From NCBI RefSeq assembly GCF_009914755.1, contig NC_060948.1: a DNA stretch of 64,000 bases, one strand, 5' to 3'. A program made the translations under genes and the position numbers. How positions within the stretch are numbered: the stretch's first letter is position 1; each line of letters starts with the position of its first letter. Shown piece after piece: positions 27,601 through 39,011 of the stretch. The stretch is from the human T2T-CHM13v2.0 reference genome, Homo sapiens. The notes under the pieces are model-generated. The model saw only the letters and a program-made list of their open reading frames with translations. It ran no database searches and had not been told where the DNA came from.

Positions 27601-30600
27601 AAGTGAACACACAGGCCCCAGTTCAATACCAGCCTCAGGTAGACATCAGGACCCAGGTGGACCCCAGGCCCAATGTGCATGCCTAGTCTCTTGGAATACA
27701 TCATTTTCAAGGTGGACACCCAGATTCCTTGTAGACATCTGGTGCCAGGTGGATATCTGCCTGCAGGAGGACATCAGGCCCCAGGTGGACCCCAGGCCCA
27801 ACGTGCATGCCTAGTCTCTTGGAATACATCATTTTCAAGGTGGACACCCAGATTCCTTGTAGACATCTGGTGCCAGGTGGATATCTGGCTGCAGGAAGAC
27901 TTCAGGCCCCAGGTGGAGACTCAGTACACAAGTGTAAATCGGGCTCCAGTATTTCATCAGGCCCCAGTTAAACACTTGACTAAAGGTGTGCATCAAGACC
28001 CAGGTTGACACCCAGGCTTCAGTGCACACTAGGCCCAAAGTGTACACCTGTGCCAAGGTGGGCATCAGGCCCAAGGTGTACACCAGACTCCAAGTGGACA
28101 TCAGGTTGCAGGTTGACACCAGTCTCTAAGTAGATCCTTAAGCCCCAATTGGTCATCAGGCCCAAGGTGGATAGCTTGACCCCAGGAGGTCTCCAGGTCC
28201 CAGGCAGGCCTCAGGTGGACACTAAGCCCTAGATTAACACAAGGTCTGAGATGGTTTCAGCCCCTGTGTGGACTTTAGTCATAAGGAGCTTACTTAGGCC
28301 CTAAGTGGACATCAGGCCCCAGGTTGACACAATGAACCATGTAGAAGTCAGGCTCTAAGTAGACACCCAGGCCCTAGGTAAATACTTTGGTCCCAAGCCA
28401 ATATCAGGCCCTATGTGGGCACCCAGACTCCAGGCAGATGTCAGGCCCCAGGTGAACACTGAACTCAGGGTGGTCATCAGGCCCTAGGTTGACACATAGG
28501 CCACAGGTAGACAACAGGCGTAGGTGAACTTCAGGCTAAATATGAACGTCGGGCTCCAGGAAGAAGTCTGTGCCCCAGTTAAACACCGGGTCTTAGGTAG
28601 ACATCAGACCTCAAATGGATGCCCAGGCCCCAGGTGGATATAAGGCCTCAGGCAAACACCAGATCCCAGGTAGACATTAGACACAAGATGGACACTCAGG
28701 CCACAAGTGAACATCTGTTCCCAGATGGACATCCATCCCAAGGTGGACATCAGGCCAGAGATGTACACCCAGGCCCCAGGAGAACCCCAGGCCCCAGGAG
28801 GACACTCAAGCGCCAGAAGGACACCCAGTCCCTAGGTAACTAAAAGGCCCCAAGTGGACATGATGTTCCAGATGGATATGAGGCCCTAAGTGGATACTAG
28901 GCCCAGGTGGACCCCAGGTCTCAGGGGCACACCAGGACCCAGGGGAACACCAGGCCCTGGGTAAGCCTGCAGTCCCAGGTGGACATCAGGTGCCAGGAGG
29001 ACACCAGGACCTAGTTGGTCATCAAGCCACAGCTGAACACCAGTTCCCCATGAACACCAGTCCTCAGGTGGGCACCTAGTCCTCCCGTGTGCATCAGGTG
29101 CCAGGCTGACATAGGCACCAGCTGAACTCTGGGCCTCAGGTGAACATCAGATCCCAGGTTGTCACCCAGGCCCCAGGTGAACACCAGGTTTCAGGTGGAC
29201 ACGAGGTCCTAGGTGGATGTCTATGCTCCTAGTGAACCTCAGGCCCTAGTGGACACTCAGGCCCTTTATAGACATCTGGCTCCTTGTGCACTCCCAGCGC
29301 CCAGGTGGACATGAGACCCCAGAGGAAAACCAGTCCTTAGTCATCTAAGACTGAATTCCCCTAGGGCTGGAGACTGAGTATTCACCTTGGGCCTAGGAAT
29401 CTACCTGGGGCCAGATGTTGATCTGGGGCCTGATGTCTACTCAGGTTCAGCTGTCCACTTAGGGTGGGGTGTTTTTCTGGGACCCAGAGTCTACCTGAAA
29501 TCTTGGTATCAACCTGGGGCCCATGTGTCCACTTGGAGTCTGATGTGCACTTGAAACCTGAATTTTCACCTAGGATCTGATGAGCACTTGGGGCGCAAGT
29601 TTCCATCTGAAAATCAGGCTCTAGTTATACGTCTGGGCCCCAGGTATACCCTGGACACCGAAAGAACTCCAGCCCCTATCTTAACATGATGTCCTAGGTG
29701 GATGCCCAGGTGTCATGTCTACATTAGGACTCAGGTAGACACAACTCCAGGCGGGCATCAGGCCTGATATTGGCTCTATGTCTCCACCCAAATCTCATGT
29801 TGAATCGTAATCCCCATGGGTTGAAGAAGGGGTGTGGTGAGAGGTGATTGAATCATGGGGGCAGTCTTCCCACTTGCTGTTCTCGTGATAGACTTCTTAT
29901 GAGATCTGGTTATTTGAAAGTGTGTAGCACATCCCCCTTCTCTCTCCCTCCTCCTCCCCCATGGTAAAAAGGGCTTGCTTGCTCTTGGCTTTATATCATG
30001 ATTGTAAGTGTCCCGGGCCCACCCAGTCATGCTCCCTATTAAGCCTGAAGAACTGTGGGTCAGTTAAACCTCTTTTCATCATAAGTTGCCCAATATCAGG
30101 TAGTTTTTTATAACAGTGTGAAAATGGACTAATACAAGACCTTAGGATAACAACCATGCTTCAGGCCATAGGTGGACATCTGGCTGCAACTGGACACTAT
30201 TCCCCAGGTGGATACCTAGGCTCAAGGTTGACATTAGTCCCCAGCTGAATACCTATGCCCTAAGTAGACATCAGGCCTCAGGCTGACACTCAGTCTAAGC
30301 TCAACATTAGGCTCAGGTGGACACCCAGACTCCAGGTGGATACTAGACCCCAGGGGTACACCAGACTCCTGGTAAGCATAAGTCCCCAGGAGGACACTAG
30401 AATCCAGTTGTACATAAAGCCACTGGTTGACTCCAAGCCCTCAGATGAACACCAGGCCAACTAGTGGACATTAGGCACATGAGAATACTTGGGCACCAGG
30501 CAGGTATCAGGCCCCGGGTAAACATCAAACTTCAGGTGGACATCGTTCTCCATGTAAACTCTAGCCCCAGCTAAACATCAGGCTCCAGGTGGAAGCCCAG

Positions 30601-33600
30601 ACCCCAGGTGCACTTCTGGCCACAGTTGGACATCTGTCCCCAGGTGAATATCAGACCATAGATGGATAGCAAGTCCCCAAGTGGACATCAGGTCAAAAGA
30701 GAATATAAGTCTCTAGGAAGACATCTGGCCCCAGGTGGATACTGAACTAGAGGCTTACATCAGACCCCAGATTGACATTCAATCCCCAGGTGGTCATGAC
30801 ACCTCAATTGGACACCAAGTCCTCAGGTTGATAACCAAGTCCCAGGTGGACACCACGTCAAATATGAACACAAGACCTAAGGTTGTCATTCAAGCCCCAA
30901 GTGGACACCAGGCCCTAGGTGAATAATATGACCCAGGGGATCATTGGGACCCAGCTGCATACCAGTCCCCAGGTTTACACGAGGCCCCCAGTAGGTTCCT
31001 AAGCTCTAGTTGGACATGAAGTCTCCAGTAGACACCCAGGACTAAGGTGGACATCAAGCATCAGATGGACGTCTGGCTGCGGATGAACATCAAGCCTCAC
31101 ATGGATACCTAGTCCGCAGGTAGGCATCAGGCCCCAGTTTGACATCAGTTTCTGGGTGGATCCTTAAGCCCCAGGTGGATATCCAGTCTCCAGCTGAACA
31201 TCAGCCCCTCATGGACGCCCAGTCCCCAGGTGAATATCATCAGGTCTCAGGTGAACACAAGTCCCCAGGCAGACATCAGACACCAGGTGTACACTCAGAC
31301 CCCAAGAGGACATCTGTCCCCAGGTTGACATCACTCTCAAGGTGTACATTAGGCCACAGATGTACACCCAGGTCCAAGGCAGACATGAGTCCCCAGTAAA
31401 ACTCAAGGCCCCAGGAGGATACTCAAGCCCTAGGTGGATGCCCACACCCCAGGTAATTACAAGGCCCCAGGTGGATACCAGATTCCAGATGAACATTAGG
31501 CCCCAAGTGGATACCTAGGCACCAGGTAGACACCAGGCTCCAGGTACATCCCCTGGTCTCAGGTGCACACTAGGTCCCCAGTGAACACTGGCTCCAGGTA
31601 AGCACCCAGTCCAAGGTAGACACCATGACCCAGGTGGTCATTAGGCCACAGCTGAACACCAATCTTGAGTGAACACCATATCCCAGGTGGTACCTAGTCT
31701 CCAGGTGGATATTGGGCCCCACGTGGACACCCAGCCCCCAGGTGAACATCAACCTTCAGGTGGACATCATGCCTCAGGTGAACTCCGGGTCCCAGCCCAG
31801 CTGAACATCAGGCTGCAGGTGGATGCCTAGGTTCCAGGTGCACAACAGGTCACAGCTGGACATTCAGCCCCAGGTGAACAACAGACCATGGGTGGATAAA
31901 CAGTCCACAGGTGGACATCAGGTCAAAGGTGAACATCAGTACTCAGGTGGACATCAGGCTCCAGGTTGACATTAAGCCCAAGGTGGACACTGAACTAGAG
32001 GTTTACACCAGGCCCCAGGTTGACACCCAGGCTCAGGTGGACATTGGGCCCCAGGTGGTTACCTAGGCCCCTAGTAAACCTCAGATTCTAGGTTGTCATT
32101 CAGGCCCCCAGTAGTCATTTGGCCCCATGTGGACACTCAGGCGCCAGGTTCACATGATGTCTTAACTGGACACCAAGGGGCCAGTTTGATACCCAAGTCC
32201 TGTGTGGGTGCCAGGTCCAGGGTTACACTCAAGCCCCAAGTGGACACCAGGCCCTAGGTGAATAACACAACCCATGTGGTCATTAGGCCCCAGAATGACA
32301 CCAGTCCCCAGGTTAACAGGAAGCCCCCAGTGGGCACCTATGCCCCAGCTGGACATCAGGCCTAAAGTGGACACCCAGGATCAAGATGGACATCAGGACT
32401 CAGGTGGACATCTGGTGACAGGTGGACATCAAGCCTGATGTGTACCTTGTCCCCGGGTGGTCATCAGGCCCCAGTTCAACACCAGTCCCTGGGTGGATTC
32501 CTCGGCTCCAAGTGGACATCCGGTCTTCAGCTGAACATCAGACCCCAGGTGAACACCAGGACTTAGGTGGACATTAGGCCCCTGGTGGACATAAAGTACC
32601 AGTGGACATCCATGCTGCAGGTGGACAACAAGGGCCCAGATGGGCATCAGGCCCCATTTGGACATTGAGTCCCCAGGTGGATATCAGGCCTCAGGGTGAA
32701 CCCAAGGTCCAACATAGACATCAGGCCTTAGGTTGACACTCAAGCACCAGATGGACTGCTGCACCTAAGCAGAAAATAAACCCCTATCTGGATATCTAAG
32801 ATACATGTATACAACAAGCTCCAGACTGACATCCAGACCCCAGGTGGACACCATACCCCAGGTGAACAGCAGGCAACAGTTTGGCACCAAGTACCTAAGT
32901 GAAACAAAGCCTTAGGTGATTACCAGGCCATAGGTAGTCATTAGTCTCCAGCTGGACAATAGTCCCTAGGTGGATACCTAGGCCCCAGGTGGACACTAGA
33001 CCCCAAATTAACACAAAAACCAAGTAAAAAATCAAGCCCCAAGTGGACAACCAGTCCCTAGGAAAATACACAAATCTCAAGCTGACACCAGGCCCTATTT
33101 GGACACCCAAGCCCTAGGTGGACTTCAGGCCACAGGTGAACACTGAACTCTAGAAGGTCTTCAGGCCCTGTGTTGACTACCTGGCCCCAGGGGGACACCA
33201 GGCATAGATGAACTTCAGCCACCAGCTGTACATCAGGTTCCAGGCAAATGTCCAGGCCCCAGGTGGATATCAAACCTCAGATGAACACCAGGCCCCAGGT
33301 AGACATCACAAACTAAGTGGACACTCAGGCCCCTATTGAATATCCATCCCCAGGTGGACATCCATCCCAAGGTGGACATGAGGCCACAGATGTACACTTA
33401 AGCCTAAGGCAGACCCCAGGCCCCAGGAAAACTCCAGGCTCCATGAGAGCACTCAGACCTCAGGTGGATGCATTGGTCCTAGGTAAATACAAGGCCCCAG
33501 ATAGACATCAGGCCCCAGTGAACACCAGAGCCCAGGTGGGTACCTAGTCCCCAGGTGTGCAACAAGCAGAAGGTTGACCCAGTCCTCAGCTGAACTCTGG

Positions 33601-33900
33601 GACCCAGCTGAACATCATAACCCAGATGGTCACTCAGGCTCCAGGTGAACACACGGTCTTAGGTAGACATCAGGTCCCACATGAACACCCAAGCCCCAGG
33701 TAGATATCAGGCCTTAGGTGTACACCAGACCTCAGGTGGGCATCTGGCTCCAGATGGCCGTAGGTGGATAACTAAACCTCTCATGGATATCAGGCCCCAG
33801 GTAGACACCAGGCTCCAGGCGAACATCTAGCCCCAGGGGGACATCCAGCCCCTGGTGAACATCAGGGCTCACATGGATAAACAGTTTACAGATGGACACC
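24684..33900. repeat. ~9-kb degenerate tandem array of an 18-19-bp unit (CAGGTGGACATCAGGCCC / GGGCCTGATGTCCACCTG) in alternating orientations
   Basis: Unit visible throughout. Orientation GATGTCCACCTGGGGCCT at 24684-27209 and about 29365-29630; opposite orientation at 27210-29360 and 29631-33900. Interrupted by an MSTA LTR. Confidence 0.92.
29765..30136 (+). mobile_element. MSTA MaLR solo LTR inserted in the 18-bp array
   Basis: TGATATTGGCTCTATGTCTCCACCCAAATCTCATGTTGAAT...GTGTGAAAATGGACTAATACA; 5-bp TSD AGGCC/AGACC. Confidence 0.9.
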
Positions 33901-36900
33901 TGCCACAGGTGCCTCACCTCTACTCCCTGAAACCTCACTTCCCCTCATGGGCCTTCTGTCCGACTTGGGGTACCCCTAGCCACCCTAGGCACACAGTGGA
34001 CTCGAACCAGGGGTGCCAGCGTCCCTGGGGCTCAGCACAAGGGTTCATGGGAATACACTTTCGTCCGTGGGGGACCCAGTCCTCACTTCTCGGCGGCGCA
34101 TTTTTTTTTTTCTCTGCCCCAGGTGCCTCACCTTCCCCTCATGGGCCTTCTGTCCACCTTGGGGTACCCCTAGCGGCCCGAGGCATACCCTGGGCTCGAA
34201 CCAGGGATGCCAGGGTCCCCGGGGCGCAGCGCAAGGGCTGATGGGGAGACACTTTCTTCCGTGGGGGACCCAGGCCCCTCTTCTCTGAGGCGCTTTTTTT
34301 TTTTTCTCTGCCCCAGGTGCCTCACCTTCACCTCATGGGCCTTCTGCCCGCTTTGGGGTACCCCTAGCGGCTCGAGGCACAAGCTGGGCTCGAATAAGGG
34401 TCGCCAGGGTCCCCGGGGCCCAGCGCAAGGGTTGATGGGACGACACTTTCACCCATGGGGGACCCAGGCCCCGCTTCTCCGCAGCGCAGTTTTTTTTTTT
34501 ATTTGCCCCAGGTGACTCACCTTCCCCTCATGGGCCTTCTGTCTGCTATGGGTTACCCCTAGCAGGCCAGAGGCGCACCCTGGATTCCAGCCAGGGATGC
34601 CAGGGTCCCCGGGGCCCAGTGCAGGGGCTGATGAGAAGGCACTTTCGTCCGTGGGGTACCCAGGCCCTGCTTCTCTGTGGCGCGGTTTTATTTTTTTCTT
34701 TTCTGCCTCAGGTGCCTTACCTCTCCTCCCTCAAACCTCAGCTTCCCCTCATAGGCTTTCTGCCCGCCATGGGGTACCCCAAGAGGCCCGAAGCGCACCC
34801 TTGTCTTGAACCAGGGGTGCCAGGGTCCCCTGGGCCCAGCTCAGGGGCTGATGGGAAGACACTTTCGTCCGTGGGGGAACCAGGCCCCGCTTCTCCGCGG
34901 CACAGTTTTTTTTTTTTTTCTGCCTCAGGTGCCTCACCTTCCCCTCATGGGCCTTCTGCCCGCTTTTGGGTAACCCTAGTGAGCCCAAGGCGCACCCTGG
35001 GCTCGAACGAGGGTCGCCAGGGTCGACGGGGCCCAGCGCAGGGGCTGATGGGAAGGCACTTTCATCCGTGGGGGACCCAGGCCCCGCTACTCCGTGGTTC
35101 GGTTTTTTTTTTTTCCTCTGCCCCAGGTGCCTCACCTTTCCTCCCTCAAACCTCACCTTCCACTCCTGGGCTTTCTGCCTGCGTTGGAGTACCCCTAGCG
35201 ACCCGAGCGCACCCTGGGCTCGAACCAGGGATGCCAGGGTCCCTGGGGCCCAGTGCAGGGGCTGATGGGAAGACACTTTCGTCTGTGGGGGACCCAGGGC
35301 CCGCTTCTCGGCGGCGCGGTTTTTTTTCTCTGCCCCAGGTGCCTTACCTTCCCCTCAGGGGCCTTCTGCCTACGTTGGGATACCCTAGCAGTCCCGAGGT
35401 GCACCCTGGGTTCAAACCAGGGACGCCAGTGTCCCCAGGGCCCAGCGCAGGGGCTCATCGGAAGGCACTTTCTTCCGTGGGGTACCCAGGCCCCGCTTCT
35501 AGGCGGAGCGGTTTTTAATTTTTTTCTGTGCTCCAGGTGTCTCACCTTCCCCTCATGGGCCTTCTGCCCGCCTTGGGGTACCCCTAGCAGGCCGAGGCGC
35601 ACCCTGGGCTCTAACCAGGGACACCAGGTTCCACAGGCCCAGCTCAGGGGCTTATGCGAAGACACTTTCGTCTGTGGGGGACCCAAGCTCTGCTCCTCTG
35701 CAGGGTTGTTTTTTTTTTTTTTTTTCTCTTCCCCAGGTGCCTCACCTTCCCTTCATGGGCTTTCTGCCCGCCTTTGGGTACCCCTAGCGGGCCCGAGGCT
35801 CACCCTGGTTTCGAGCCAGGGATGCTAGTGTCCCCGGGGCCCAGCGCAGTGCTGATGGGAAGGGACTTTTGTCCGTGGGGAACCCAGGGCCCACTTCTCC
35901 GAGGTGAGCTTTTTTTTTTTCTGCCGCAGGTGCCTCACCTCTCCTCCCTCAAACCTCACCTTCCCCTCATGAGCCCTCTGCCCGCCTAGAGGTACCGCTA
36001 GCGGCCCGAGGCACACCCTGTGGCTGAACCAGGGACGCCAGGGTCCCTGCGGCCCAGCACAGGCGCTGATGGGAAGACACTTTCGTTCGTGGAAGACCCA
36101 GGCCCCGTTTCTCAGTGGCGCGGTTTTTTTTCTCTGCCCGGGTGCCTCACCTTCCTCTAATGGGCCTTTTGCCCGCTTTGGGGTACCCCTAGCGGGCCCT
36201 ATTCGCACCCTGCGCTCGAACCAGGGTCGCACCACGAGGTCCAGCGCAAGGCCTGATGGGAAGGCACTTTCGTCAGTGGGGGACCCAGGCCCCGCTTCAC
36301 TGCGGCGCGTTTTTTTTTTTCTGCCACAGGTGCCTCACCTTCCCCTCATGGGCTTTCTGTCCACCTTGGGGTACCCCCAGAGGTCCGAGGCGCACCCTGG
36401 GCTCAAACCAGGGAAGCCAGGGTCCCTGGGGCCCAGCACAGCATCTGATGGGAAGGCACTTTCTTCCATGGGAAACCCAGGCCTCCCTTCTCCGTCGAGA
36501 GGTTTTTTTTTTTTCCTCCGCTCCAGGTGCCTCACCTTCCCTTCATGGGCTTCTGCCCACTTTGGGGTACTGCTAGCGGCCCGAGGCGCACACTGCGTTC
36601 GAACCAGGGTCACCAGGGTCCACGGGGCCAAGCGCAGGGGCTAATGGTAAGGCGCTTTTGTCTGTGGGGGTCCCAGGACCCCCCTCTCCGTGGCGCATTT
36701 TTTTTTTTTCTTTTTTCTGCCACAGGTGCCTCACCTCTCCTCCCTCAAACCTCACCTTCGCCTCATGGGCCTTCTGCCTGCCTTGGGGTACCCCTAGCGG
36801 CCCGAGGCGAACCCTGGGGTCGAACCAGGGACGCCAGGGTCCCTGGGGCCCAGTGCAAGGGCTGATGGGAAGATACTTTCTTCCATGGGAGCCCAGGCAC

Positions 36901-38977
36901 CGCTTCTCCGCGGCGCATATTCTTTTTCTTTCGGCTGCCCCAGGTACCTCACCTTCCCCTCATGGGCCATCTGCCTGCTTTGGGGTACTCCTAGTGGAGC
37001 GAGGCGCACCCTGGGCTCGAACCAGAGTCATCAGGTTCCCTGACGCCCAGCGCAAGGGCTGATGGGAAGACACTTTCGTCTGTGGCGGACCCAGGCCGCG
37101 CTTCTCAGCGGCGCGGTTTTTTTTTTTCTTGCCACAGGTACCTCACCGCTCCTCCCTCAAACCTCAACCTCCCCTCATGGGCTTTCTACCTGCCTTGGGG
37201 TACCCCTAGCGGCCCAAGGCACACCCTGGGTTTGAGCCAAGGTCGCCAGGGTCCACGGGGCTCAGCACAGGGCCTGATGGGAAGGCACTTTCGTCTGTGG
37301 GGGCCCATGCCCTGCTTCTCCGTGGCTCGGTTTTTTTTTTCCTTCCTGCCACAGGTGCCTCACCTCTCCTCCCTCAAACCTCACCTTCCCCTCATGGCCC
37401 TTCTGTCTGCCTTGGGGTACACCTAGCAGCCCGAGGTGCACTGTGGGCTCGAACCAGGGACTCCAGGGTCCCTGGGGCCTAGCGCAAGGGCTGATGGGAA
37501 GACACTTTCGTCCGTGGGGGGGGGGGGTACCCAGTCCCCGCTTCTCCGTGGCGAGGTTTTTTTTCTTTTTCTCTGCCCCAGGTGCCTCACCTTCCCCTCA
37601 TGTGCCTTCTGCACGCTTTGGGGTAACCCTAGCGGCCCAAGGCGCACCCTGGGATCGAACAATGGAAGCCAGGTTCCACGAGGCCAAGCGCAGTGGTTGA
37701 TGGGAAGACACGTTCTTCCTCGGGGACCCAGGCTCTGCTTCTCTGCGGCGTTTTTTTTTTTTCTTTTCCCCAGGTGCCTCACTTTCCCGTCATGGGCTTT
37801 CTGCCCGCCTTGAGGTACCCCTAGCGGGCCCGAGGCGCACCCTGCTTTCGAGCCAGAGATGCTAGGGTCTCCGGGGCCCAGTGCAGGGCTGATGGGTAGG
37901 GACGTTCGTCCGTGGGGGACCCAGGCCCCACTTCTGGGCGGCGCAGTATTTTATTTTTTTCTCTGCCCCAGGTGTCTCACCTTTCCCTCATGGGCCTTCT
38001 GTCTTGGGGTACCCCTAGCAGGCCGAGGCGCACGCTGGGCTCCAGCCAGGGATACCAGGGTCCCCAGGGCGCAGTGCAAGCGCTGATGGGAAGACAGCTT
38101 CTTCTGTGGGGGACCCAGGCCCCACTTATCCGCGGCGCGGTTGTTTTTTGTTTTTTTCTCTGCCCCACGTGCATCACCTTCCCCTCATGGGCCTTCTGCC
38201 CGCTTTTGGGTACACCTAGCGGCCTGAAGCACACCCTGGTCTCGAACCAGCTACGCCAGGGTCCCCTGGGCCCAGCGCAAGGGCTGATGGGAAGACACTT
38301 TCGTCCGTTGGGGACCCAGGCTCCGCTTCTCCGTGGTGCAGTTTTTTTTTTTTTTTTCCTGCCACAGGTGCATCACCTCTCCTTCCTCAAACCTCAACTG
38401 CCCCTCAGGGATTTCTGCCCGCCTTGGGGTACCCCTAGCAGGCCCGAGGCGCACCCGGGGCTCGAACAGGGTCTCCAGTGTCCACAGGGCCCAGCGAAGG
38501 GACTGATGGGAAGGCATTTTCATCCGTGGGGGACCCAGGCCCAGCTTCTCCTAGGCGCGGCTTGTTTTTTTTTTTTTTTTTTCTGCCACAGGTTCCTCAT
38601 CTCTCCTCCCTCAAACGTCAACTTCCCATCATGGGCTTTCTGCCCGACTTGGGGTACCCCTAGCAGCCAAAGGCGCTCCCTGGACTCGAACCATGGATGC
38701 CAGGGTCGCCTGGGCCCAGTGCAGGGGCTGATGGGAAGGTACCTTCATCCGTGGGTACCCAGGCCCCGCTTCTCAAAGCTGCGGTTTTTTTTCTCCACCC
38801 CAGGTGCCTCACCTTCCCCTCATTGGCCTTCTGCCTGCTTTGGGGTAACACGAGCGGGCCCGAGGCACTCCTGGGTCTCGAACCAGGGTCGCCAGGTTCT
38901 CGGGGCTAGCGCAGGAGCTGATAGGAAGGCACTTTCATCAGTGGGGACCCAGGCCCGGCTTCTCCAAGGCGCTGATA

Positions 38978-39011
<34 letters not shown>

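Noticed and set aside
24684-33900. CRISPR-like array, or an intact GPDVHL/QVDIRP repeat protein
   Set aside because: Units are contiguous with no unique spacers, the DNA is primate and has no cas genes. Frequent 19-bp units and stops limit ORFs to about 110 aa.
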